A DNA stretch of 64,000 bases from Candidatus Poribacteria bacterium (GTDB lineage Bacteria; Poribacteria; WGA-4E; WGA-3G). The position numbers and the translations under genes were made by a program. The notes under the pieces were generated by a model. It made no database searches, was not told the origin of the DNA, and saw only the letters and a program-made list of their open reading frames with translations. Positions 10,413 to 18,898 of this stretch are shown piece after piece. The DNA is taken from assembly GCA_965205015.1 (NCBI GenBank), contig OZ242029.1:5088001-5152000 (forward strand), written 5' to 3'. How positions within the stretch are numbered: the stretch's first letter is position 1; every line of letters starts with the position of its first letter.

Positions 10413-11762
10413 ATGTTTTCAAGAATACTGACTTTTAGCGTCTTATCCGTTTTTTGCGTATTGACGGCTCTTTCATCTGTCTATGCGCACACGCTTGCTA
10501 ATCCTAGTTACGATGGTGATCTTACTCATGATCACGGTTCAGGTCTGCATACTCATGAAAATGTAGTCGATTGGGAAAAAGGGGAGCAGATAGACCCCGG
10601 TTATGATGCGTATAATCGTCAACCTGGTGGCGGAGACGCCTTTAATGTACCGGAAAAAGAAGCGGAGGAGTCAGGTAATACTATTACTCACCCGCATATA
10701 GACCCTGACTGGAATCATGACGCTGATCCTGCTCACGATTCGATTACGACACCGGATCCTGATCGCCCACAGGAGGACACCAATGTAAGGCATCAGCATA
10801 GTGCTACGCACACACATGGCGGCGAGTCGCACACGCATACAGGGTGGCACAGACACACTTCTCCACACCCGCATCCGACCCCTCATATCTGGGATAGCCA
10901 CCCCTTTCCTGACAATCAGCAACCGAATAATCAGCCCACTAATAACCTGCCCACTAATAACCTGCCCACTAATAATCAACCAACGGTTACCCAACCTACG
11001 GTTACTCAACCCACAACGGTAGCAACGGGTGGCACATCTGAAGGGACATCCGAAGCAGGTGATAGCCAAACCGCTGTTGACACAAGCACAGAACAAAATT
11101 TCCTCAGAGCCCAACAAAAATACGGAACACCACTTGAGGGGACACCAGAAACACAACCCAAGCCTCAACCTTTATTACCCATACGCATAACAGAGTATAT
11201 GGTCAGAGATTGGACGGCTGGGATTGGTGGATTACCACAGTGGATTGAGGTGTATAACCCCAACACCGAGGCAGTCAACCTCAAAGGTTGGACGTTCCAA
11301 TATGCCACCCGGCGGTCTGCCACCGCCCCCCATAAAGTCCACACACTGACGCTCGCTGGAACACAGGACGGGTTCAGCATCGCGGGGGGTGGTGTCGCGA
11401 TCCTATCAACCGGAACAGTTTCGGCATGGCGATTTTCCGGGATAGAAGCAACACAGGTCTACAACTTGAACATAGACAACGTCCTCAAACGCGGGTGGGT
11501 GTTGACGGATGCCGATGGCGCAGAGATTTACCGTCTCGGTAGGGCAGCTTTTGGTGCGTTAGGGGATCCGGTGGCACCACTCCATCAGAACCAGGCGCGT
11601 GTCTCTCATCAGGTCGTCCCGAGCGAGTCGCCCCCGGAGGTTTATTACTATGGACATCGGGAAGACATGGGGTCTCCCGGGTTCTACGAGCAACCGGCAC
11701 CGGCGGCACCAAGCGCGGTCAGACGGAAACAGATCGGCACTTGGGCAGCCTTGAAAAAATAA
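10413..11762 (+). CDS. Secreted His-rich protein with lamin-tail-like domain and C-terminal TWxxxK motif
   Basis: Signal peptide, HxH-rich N-terminal half, NNLPT/VTQPT 15-bp tandem repeats, IRITEYM...QWIEVYNP..V.LKGW (LTD-like). SD AAGGAG. Confidence 0.75.
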   Translation: MFSRILTFSVLSVFCVLTALSSVYAHTLANPSYDGDLTHDHGSGLHTHENVVDWEKGEQIDPGYDAYNRQPGGGDAFNVPEKEAEESGNTITHPHIDPDWNHDADPAHDSITTPDPDRPQEDTNVRHQHSATHTHGGESHTHTGWHRHTSPHPHPTPHIWDSHPFPDNQQPNNQPTNNLPTNNLPTNNQPTVTQPTVTQPTTVATGGTSEGTSEAGDSQTAVDTSTEQNFLRAQQKYGTPLEGTPETQPKPQPLLPIRITEYMVRDWTAGIGGLPQWIEVYNPNTEAVNLKGWTFQYATRRSATAPHKVHTLTLAGTQDGFSIAGGGVAILSTGTVSAWRFSGIEATQVYNLNIDNVLKRGWVLTDADGAEIYRLGRAAFGALGDPVAPLHQNQARVSHQVVPSESPPEVYYYGHREDMGSPGFYEQPAPAAPSAVRRKQIGTWAALKK

Positions 11763-11973
11763 GGTTTCATTATCATCAACTTCTGGGGGTGTGGTAAGAA
11801 GCCCGACACCCCGCACAAGCGTGATTCAGCTGCTTTGCGTGTGTTCTCGTTCAACCTTGGGGACACACCAAAGCAAAACCCCTCACAAGAAACCGTTTCT
11901 TTTATCAAACTCACATTATACATATATCCACAAAATCTTGTCGCTTGAAATAAAAATGGGAATCTGTTATGAT

Positions 11974-12227
11974 TTATAGTAAAACCCAAAAATAAGTGAA
12001 CATTCGTAGCACAAACTGTCCAGTTTGTGCAGGGGAGGCATGCAAACTAAATGAAGATTAAGAATTTAATTCGGTAATATGTGGGCAGGCACAAGACCTA
12101 GGGAAACACCCAAGCAAAAACCCCCTACAAGGTCTTTTTTGGGATAGGATTACCGCAATATTTATTTAAACTTCATACAGTTTGCGCTACAATCGGGGTG
12201 CCCAAGTAATTATTGACTCTACTATAA
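11974..12227. mobile_element. 127-bp MITE copy 2 interrupted by a nested ~126-bp element (12051-12176)
   Basis: Both halves match copy 1. The insert has imperfect ATGAAG...CTTCAT inverted ends. Confidence 0.85.
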
Positions 12228-12321
12228 ACGCTGAAAGAAAGACGTGCTTTTCTGTTTTTTGGGGGCACGAAGATACACACAATCCTCTAAGCTTTAGTAT
12301 ACAAAAAGCAGAGAGAAGCTT

Positions 12322-12669
12322 ATGCAAATTAACATCCAAACCAAGAACTTCACATTTTTAGAGATTCAGGGAAAAGTCGTCGGGCAAGATGCGATTGTGC
12401 TAAAAACGATGCTTGAAGAACATATCCAAGGGCTTGAAACGCAAGAGGGAACGCCTACCCTAATTTTTGATATGGCGGATGTCCAGTCGATGGATAGTGC
12501 GGGCTTAGGCGTGCTAATCACCACCAGCACCCAGATCCGTCAGAACGGCGGACGGACGCTGCTCCTTAACGTCAACAGAGGTATCAAACGGATGATGATC
12601 CGGACAAATCTGACATCGCTCTTCGATTTTCCCAAGAACCTCGCAGAAGCAATAGCCAGTAGTTTCTAA
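12322..12669 (+). CDS. STAS domain anti-sigma factor antagonist
   Basis: LIFDMADVQSMDSAGLGVL motif. Confidence 0.85.
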   Translation: MQINIQTKNFTFLEIQGKVVGQDAIVLKTMLEEHIQGLETQEGTPTLIFDMADVQSMDSAGLGVLITTSTQIRQNGGRTLLLNVNRGIKRMMIRTNLTSLFDFPKNLAEAIASSF

Positions 12670-12712
12670 GCGCCTAACCCACCTAACCGAACCGCAGAGA
12701 AGATTAGAAAAC

Positions 12713-14056
12713 CTACTTCGTATATCCTGTTCTATCCGTATTCCCCCCATATTTCAGCGCATAAATCAGTAGATTTGACATAAACCGATAGACATCCGTG
12801 GAACGACGGAGTCGTAACATCGTGCGGCTCTCAATCTCTGCGGTTTCCATTGCACACAGGTAATCCTTACGGTTGTAAACCACTGCCAATCGGTCGTCAA
12901 TGACGATCGCTTTCTGATACCGGAACTGCGTGGGTTGCGCGTTGTTCTCGTTTCCCCAGAACACATCGCCGCCTGTGGGCGGTTTCGACAGGGTGTAATG
13001 GATACTGTACAACTCGTGCTCGTGCGGAAGAATCTCAAGCGGATATTCAGGGAAAATTTGTTTGAGTTCATCAGCGACGATGTGTGCGAAAAGTCCATTG
13101 AAACCGCAGTCATCGAAAAACAGCATTCCGCCTTTTTCAACGATATATTTCCGAAGTGCTGCGCGTTCTGCGGGTGTGAAACCTGTCTGTAGCGGACCCT
13201 CTTTCGCAAGTCCGCGCCCGACGGTAATGTCTTTATCGTGTCCTGTCATGATGATGAGGGGCGCGTCCATGATTTGGGGATCGGTGATCCGTAGCGCGCC
13301 ACCGGCGAAATCCATATCCGCCCGAATCGGGGTCTGCTCCTCCAGCCACTTGATGAGCGCAGGAATCGCCGTCGGATCCTGCCACCAATCTGAAAGCGAG
13401 TGTTTGAGTCGGATCAACCGAATATGTCCGCGCATCTCGCTGCCTGTTCCTTCAAGGATACCCCCCAATTTCTCTTTTGGTATCTTCACAAGGTTCCGAA
13501 ACGCCGTATCAAACCCATCTCCCAAGGTACTTGTCGGTAGGGAGCCGTCCAAAAATTCTGAGAGTCCGGTTTTAGTTGTGTTTGTGCCGCTACGCCGTGT
13601 TGAATAGTTATCAGTTTTCAAGAGTCGGTTATCCGTTAAAGAGGACGCTGGTTTAACCAAACCGCCTCCTAACTGACGACTGTTCGGCAGTACCGGTGCT
13701 ACCGAAAGTTCCGTCGGATTCAGTATATCGGTTTCGACATCCAACGGTGACACAGGTTGCACAACATCCGTTTCGTTTCTCTGTAGGGGCGAGGTAACCT
13801 CGCCCCTACGCGATGTCTGTGTCGGTATGCGGGTTTCCGTAGAGGTTTCACTTAAAAGCGGGGTGTGTGCTGAGACAGTCCGTCGGGTCGGACGGATTTC
13901 CACTGCCGTTCTTGCAGGATTCAGTGTAACAACGGTCGCCTCAAAGGCGTCTTTGTTCAGTTCCCTTTGTCCTGAAAACAGGAACGCCGCAATAAGGACA
14001 AAGAGTAGATGCAACCCGATGGATGTGATAGCTGCGTGGAGACGTCTCTGTTTCAT
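12713..14056 (-). CDS. DUF4159 domain membrane-anchored protein
   Basis: N-terminal 'SIGLHLLFVL' anchor. C-terminal PLIIMTGH...ERAALRKYI..GGMLFFDDC. Confidence 0.75.
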   Translation of the reverse strand: MKQRRLHAAITSIGLHLLFVLIAAFLFSGQRELNKDAFEATVVTLNPARTAVEIRPTRRTVSAHTPLLSETSTETRIPTQTSRRGEVTSPLQRNETDVVQPVSPLDVETDILNPTELSVAPVLPNSRQLGGGLVKPASSLTDNRLLKTDNYSTRRSGTNTTKTGLSEFLDGSLPTSTLGDGFDTAFRNLVKIPKEKLGGILEGTGSEMRGHIRLIRLKHSLSDWWQDPTAIPALIKWLEEQTPIRADMDFAGGALRITDPQIMDAPLIIMTGHDKDITVGRGLAKEGPLQTGFTPAERAALRKYIVEKGGMLFFDDCGFNGLFAHIVADELKQIFPEYPLEILPHEHELYSIHYTLSKPPTGGDVFWGNENNAQPTQFRYQKAIVIDDRLAVVYNRKDYLCAMETAEIESRTMLRLRRSTDVYRFMSNLLIYALKYGGNTDRTGYTK

Positions 14057-14205
14057 TTTTTTAATTTACCTTGCGGTTCGTTAAAATGAGTTTGAGCATT
14101 AACATGCTTCTCCGTAGAGTCGCCTCCATTTCATTACGGCTTACAATCTTTCGCTAAGAAGATAGAAGTTTCTCAGTTTTTTAGACTGTTTTGTCCATGG
14201 TATCC

Positions 14206-14775
14206 TTAGAGATGCCGTTGGATCTGCTGATAACTCTGTGCATCTAACTCCCGGTAATCTGGAATATCGTATCGGTTCCCACGGACATCCGTCACAAAAA
14301 GTCGCGCAGGCGGGACCTGTTTGATGTTCTGATTCAACCCACGCACCGAGAACGTCACACGCCCGCGCTCGGTTTCAACCTCCCATTCATGGATGCCGAA
14401 TTGTTCCTTCACTTGATAAACCTTCTGAATTGTTGGCGTGAAATACCGTTTATCCAACTCTTCCTGCAGGATTTTCTGACTCTCCGGCGCGAGTTCCGAT
14501 GGGTTCACGAGGATCCCAATTTCGGTGTCCTCATCCGCGGCGAGCGAGATATAACTCTGGGGATTGCTGAGTGGCATCAGCCGCCGTACCACTACCCGCA
14601 GATGGCAGGCTTCATTCCGTATTTCAAGTCGCGCCGTTCCCACTTCGGCGCGCGTGAATGTCAGGTCAGCGGCATCCAAGTAGCGCGGCGTGAAGTCATC
14701 CGATTCAGGGGGCACCGGCTTCACTGTGGGTGCCGCAGCGAGGGTGGCTTGTTTTTCTATGTTTTGGTTTGGCAT
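14206..14775 (-). CDS. DUF1854 domain protein
   Basis: RRLMPLSNP..YISL, EL.KRYF.P.I and WEVETERG..F motifs. Adjacent to an ABC transporter, as is typical for this family. Confidence 0.8.
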   Translation of the reverse strand: MPNQNIEKQATLAAAPTVKPVPPESDDFTPRYLDAADLTFTRAEVGTARLEIRNEACHLRVVVRRLMPLSNPQSYISLAADEDTEIGILVNPSELAPESQKILQEELDKRYFTPTIQKVYQVKEQFGIHEWEVETERGRVTFSVRGLNQNIKQVPPARLFVTDVRGNRYDIPDYRELDAQSYQQIQRHL

Positions 14776-14777
14776 AT

Positions 14778-17099
14778 CTATCTCTCCACGGCTTGCGCTG
14801 CTGCGCGAACATTCGCGGCTTCGCGTTGGGTTTCTACGAGTTTATAATAGATACCCTTTTGCTCCATGAGTTCCTCGTGGGAACCGCACTCAACACCTTT
14901 CCCTTTTTCAATCACGAACAATCGGTCGGCATTTCGGAGCGTAGACAGCCGGTGCGCAATCGCAAATGTCGTTCGGTTCTGCACAAGCCTGTCGATTGCC
15001 TGTTGGATTTTCTTCTCCGTCTCCACATCCACGGATGAGGTGGCTTCATCGAGAATCAGAATCCGTGGGTTGTGCAAGATTGCCCGTGCGATGGAGATGC
15101 GTTGTCGTTCGCCGCCCGATAGCCGTCCGCCGCGTTCACCGACTTCCGTATCGTAGCCGTCGGGGAACTTGACGACGAATTCGTGGGCGTTTGCCGCCTT
15201 TGCTGCTGTGATAATATCCTCCATCGTCGCATCGGGATGCGCGTAGGCGATATTCTCGGCGATGGTCCCACTGAACAGATACGGTTCTTGTAACACGACA
15301 CCAATCTGTCGGCGTAAATCCTTAAGATCGATCTGTTTGATGTCCTCACCATCGATCTCTAAACGTCCAGCGTCCGGCGTATAGAACCGACAGATCAAAT
15401 TGATAAGTGTGGATTTCCCCGCACCCGAATGCCCAACGAGTCCAATCATCTCACCCGGTTTCACGTGGAGATTGATATCCCGAAGCACCGGTTTATGCGA
15501 ATCGTAGCCGAACGTCATGTTATGGAATTTGACTTCTCCGGTGATGTTCGGCATTGCTTTGAGGTTGCCATCATCCAGTTGTTCGGGTTGTGAGTCGATA
15601 ACTTCAAAAAGCCGTTCCGCCGCCGTCATTGAGCGTGAAGCCCAGTTGATCAACGGGCTGATATAGCGCAACGGTTCATAGAACATTCCGAGATATGCGT
15701 GGAAAGCCACCAAGGTCCCGAACGACATTGTCCCACCGATAATGTTGAGACCCCCAATGTACCATACGATGAGCGTTCCCAACTGGACGGCGAACATCAG
15801 CGGTGGATAGTAGGTTGCCCAGATCATTTCAGCATGCGTTTCGTAGTCTCGTGCGTCTACATTCGCGTCCCCGAACCGATTGACTTCACTCCGTTGTTGT
15901 CCGAAGGCACGAACAACCCGAATACCGGATACCGAATCGTTGACGACATCGAACAATTTTGAGCGACGGCGCCAGGCGCGGTGCCAAAGGCTTCGCACTT
16001 TTTTCCAGAACCAACCGGCTCCAAAGACGATTATCGGAATCGGGATTAAGATGAAGCATGCCAGTTTCCAGTTCATCAAGAAAAGCACCCCTCCAATCCC
16101 GAAGAAGAGCAACAGTTCTACTGCGAGAAACGAGAGTCCCTCTAACATGAAATCTTGGAGTCGTTCACTATCCTCCGTGATGTGAGAGATGACTGTTCCG
16201 GTTTTTCGTTTGTCAAAAAATCGGATAGACAGGTTGTGCAAGTGCTGATAGACGTGCGCTCGGATGTTCGCCGCGACGCGGAACGTCAGCCAAGCTCCCA
16301 AACGTAACCGAAAAATTGTGAAAATTTCACGGATGATTTGTATGGCTAATAAGGTGCCTACAGCAATGGACAAAGCTAACGCCGCCGACTCAATATCGCG
16401 AAAAATATTGCTTAACCATGTTCTTGATGCTTCCGAGGCGGCAGTATCGACATTACCCGGCATCAGGATATCATCAATCATGATGCGCGAGAAATATGGC
16501 GGTGCTAAGGAGATGAGTGTTCCGAGAATCACGAAGAGCATGAAGAGGATTGCCCTACCGCGATACGGTCGTATGTAGGACAGAATCCGTAACATCACCT
16601 TGTGTTTTTTCGTACATGCCGGACACGGCGAAAACTCGTCTGGCAACGGTAAACTGCAGGACTGACAGAATTGTTCCTCCGGTTTGTAGTCCCAAATCGG
16701 TGCCTCGTCCCGTTTGCCGTCGCGAAACTCAATTTCGTCCCCGATAAATCGAGCGACAAATCCGAACTTCGGTGCACAGCCGTTGGAGTACCGAATGAGA
16801 TCAACCGTTCCTTCTTGTGTTTCCAGAACCAGAATTCCAGCATCTACAACAACTTCAGCCCGGATGCCGAGCACATTCTTATATGGAATGTAGTGAGGTA
16901 CCTCACCGTCACCTGTCACGGTGAAGATCGCAGCCTCCGTTAGTACAAACCATTCTTCACCGTAGTCGCCTGTTGAACTCACATCGCTTTGGACGGCAAA
17001 TCGTATCTGTTCTGAACGTATATCTAATTTTTTGAGTGTTTCTTCAACTAAATTGGGTATCGGGTCAAGCGTACCCGTTGGTGTTTCTGAAATTTCCAT
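14778..17099 (-). CDS. ABC exporter, fused permease/ATPase with N-terminal extension
   Basis: GHSGAGKST, LSGGERQR and ILDEATS motifs, TM domain, CxxC...CxxC linker. Confidence 0.92.
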   Translation of the reverse strand: MEISETPTGTLDPIPNLVEETLKKLDIRSEQIRFAVQSDVSSTGDYGEEWFVLTEAAIFTVTGDGEVPHYIPYKNVLGIRAEVVVDAGILVLETQEGTVDLIRYSNGCAPKFGFVARFIGDEIEFRDGKRDEAPIWDYKPEEQFCQSCSLPLPDEFSPCPACTKKHKVMLRILSYIRPYRGRAILFMLFVILGTLISLAPPYFSRIMIDDILMPGNVDTAASEASRTWLSNIFRDIESAALALSIAVGTLLAIQIIREIFTIFRLRLGAWLTFRVAANIRAHVYQHLHNLSIRFFDKRKTGTVISHITEDSERLQDFMLEGLSFLAVELLLFFGIGGVLFLMNWKLACFILIPIPIIVFGAGWFWKKVRSLWHRAWRRRSKLFDVVNDSVSGIRVVRAFGQQRSEVNRFGDANVDARDYETHAEMIWATYYPPLMFAVQLGTLIVWYIGGLNIIGGTMSFGTLVAFHAYLGMFYEPLRYISPLINWASRSMTAAERLFEVIDSQPEQLDDGNLKAMPNITGEVKFHNMTFGYDSHKPVLRDINLHVKPGEMIGLVGHSGAGKSTLINLICRFYTPDAGRLEIDGEDIKQIDLKDLRRQIGVVLQEPYLFSGTIAENIAYAHPDATMEDIITAAKAANAHEFVVKFPDGYDTEVGERGGRLSGGERQRISIARAILHNPRILILDEATSSVDVETEKKIQQAIDRLVQNRTTFAIAHRLSTLRNADRLFVIEKGKGVECGSHEELMEQKGIYYKLVETQREAANVRAAAQAVER

Positions 17100-17120
17100 T
17101 CCTTGTTTATGCCTCCGTCT

Positions 17121-17345
17121 TTACTTCCCAGGTGTCCGTTCGTCTGGATATTTCCAAGGAACTTTGCGATCAATAGATTTCCAACGTGTTGAATCGACGC
17201 GTCGGACAACATATATTTTCTGACCACATCGACAGCGTATGTCGTGAACATGCCCATTTGAACAGGTCTTTTCCTCAACAAAGTTGACGCTTTCTTGGTG
17301 GACGCGATAGCCGCGTCTGCATGAATAACAGACTAAGTACATCAC
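17121..17345 (-). CDS. Small Cys-rich (zinc-ribbon-like) protein
   Basis: CxxC, CxxxH and CxC in 74 aa. SD GAGGT. Co-oriented directly upstream of the ABC gene. Confidence 0.55.
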   Translation of the reverse strand: MMYLVCYSCRRGYRVHQESVNFVEEKTCSNGHVHDIRCRCGQKIYVVRRVDSTRWKSIDRKVPWKYPDERTPGK

Positions 17346-17406
17346 AAATACCTCGATCCACTCTACTTGATCCTTTTAACCCATTTCGACAGATATAATT
17401 CAAATT

Positions 17407-17533
17407 TTATAGTAAAACCCAAAAATAAGTGAACATTCGTAGCACAAACTGTCCAGTTTGTGCAGGGGAGGCACGCAAACTAACAGTTTGCGCTACAATC
17501 GGGGTGCCCAAGTAATTATTGACTCTACTATAA
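17407..17533. mobile_element. 127-bp MITE copy 3
   Basis: Nearly identical to 9214-9340. Confidence 0.85.
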
Positions 17534-17566
17534 AACTATGGTAGATTTTAGAATGACTTAGACATT

Positions 17567-17710
17567 ATGAACGATAAGTTTGGGGGTACCCACAAGGGGG
17601 TACCCGTATATGAACGATAAGTTTGGGGGTACCCACAAGGGGGGTACCCGTATATGAACGATAAGTTTGGGGGTACCCACAAGGGGGGTACCCACAAGGG
17701 GTACCCCTAC
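17567..17710. repeat. Tandem ~43-bp palindromic REP-like repeats (3 copies)
   Basis: ATGAACGATAAGTTTGGGGGTACCCACAAGGGGGGTACCC repeated with variable G runs, ending CCCCTAC. Confidence 0.85.
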
Positions 17711-17743
17711 CAGAGGTCCACATATTTTGAGAATTCACCATAT

Positions 17744-18862
17744 TTAAACGGAAATGGAATGCTTCTCTAAAACTGCATCGTTCAATTCAATACCGAGTCC
17801 CGGTTTCGTTGAGGGAATGATGTATCCATCTTCCCACTGCAACGGTTCCTTAAGGATATCGGCGTGGAAACCGTCCCATGTATGGATGCCTTCTTGAATC
17901 AGGAAATTCGGGCTGCAGACATCCAACTGGATATTCGCAGCACCCCCAATGGGACCGCCATACAGATGGGGTGCGATCTGGGCGTAATGTGCCTCACCCA
18001 TTGAGGCAATCTTCTTCGCCTCCAGGATACCGCCTGTGATTGTCAAATCCATCTGCAGAATAGATGCCGCCTGCTGTTCCAATAGATCCACAAACTCATA
18101 TTTCGTTAGCAATCGTTCTCCGGTGGCAATTGGGATGCTCGTGGATTGTGCGACGCGTGCCATCTCTTTGATGTTTTCCGGGGGTAACGGTTCCTCGAAC
18201 CAGAGTGGATCGTATGGCTCGACGCGTTTCGCGAAACGGATCGCACTGTTTGTATTGAACTGTCCATGGGTGCCAATCAGAATATCACACCTATCGCCTA
18301 CGGCATCTCGGATGCCTCGGATGACGCTTTCTGCGTAGTTGAGCGTTTCCAACCGATCCGCTGTGCTTGGATCGACTGGGTCAAACTTGACAGCGGTAAA
18401 ACCTTTTTCGACGTAAGAGAGGGCGAGGTCCCCTGTCTTTTCTGGAGAATCGCCGCGTCGCCATTGCAAGAGATACGAATAGGCGCGCAATTTCTCGTGG
18501 AACATACCGCCTAACAGATTGTAAATCGGTTGATTCAGTGCCTTTCCAACAATGTCCCAGCATGCCATCTCAATCGCGCTCATCGCTGGACTTGTCAGTG
18601 GACCAGAGTGCCGTACGCACGGTCCCTCATAAAGGGTTGACCAGATCCGTTCAATCCGAAACGGATCCACGCCAATCAGATAGCGTTCACCCCAGTCTTT
18701 GATGAGTTCGATAACGACGTGGTTCAATTGCGTGTGATAGGTGCATTCACCTACGCCTTCAATCCCTTCGTCGGTCACCAATTTGACGAAAATCCAACGC
18801 CTTCCACCCCAATGCGGCGGCGGCACATCAACGAGATACGTTTTCACATCAACAATCTTCAT
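17744..18862 (-). CDS. Mandelate racemase/muconate lactonizing enzyme family (galactonate dehydratase-like)
   Basis: SAIEMACWDIVGK, KFD, WFEEP, PIATGERL and APH motifs. Confidence 0.9.
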   Translation of the reverse strand: MKIVDVKTYLVDVPPPHWGGRRWIFVKLVTDEGIEGVGECTYHTQLNHVVIELIKDWGERYLIGVDPFRIERIWSTLYEGPCVRHSGPLTSPAMSAIEMACWDIVGKALNQPIYNLLGGMFHEKLRAYSYLLQWRRGDSPEKTGDLALSYVEKGFTAVKFDPVDPSTADRLETLNYAESVIRGIRDAVGDRCDILIGTHGQFNTNSAIRFAKRVEPYDPLWFEEPLPPENIKEMARVAQSTSIPIATGERLLTKYEFVDLLEQQAASILQMDLTITGGILEAKKIASMGEAHYAQIAPHLYGGPIGGAANIQLDVCSPNFLIQEGIHTWDGFHADILKEPLQWEDGYIIPSTKPGLGIELNDAVLEKHSISV

Positions 18863-18898
18863 TTTTTTAACTTTCCTTGCGGTTCGTTGAGGGTGAGT

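Noticed and set aside
17567-17710. Possible mini-CRISPR
   Set aside because: Head-to-tail repeats without unique spacers; REP-like.
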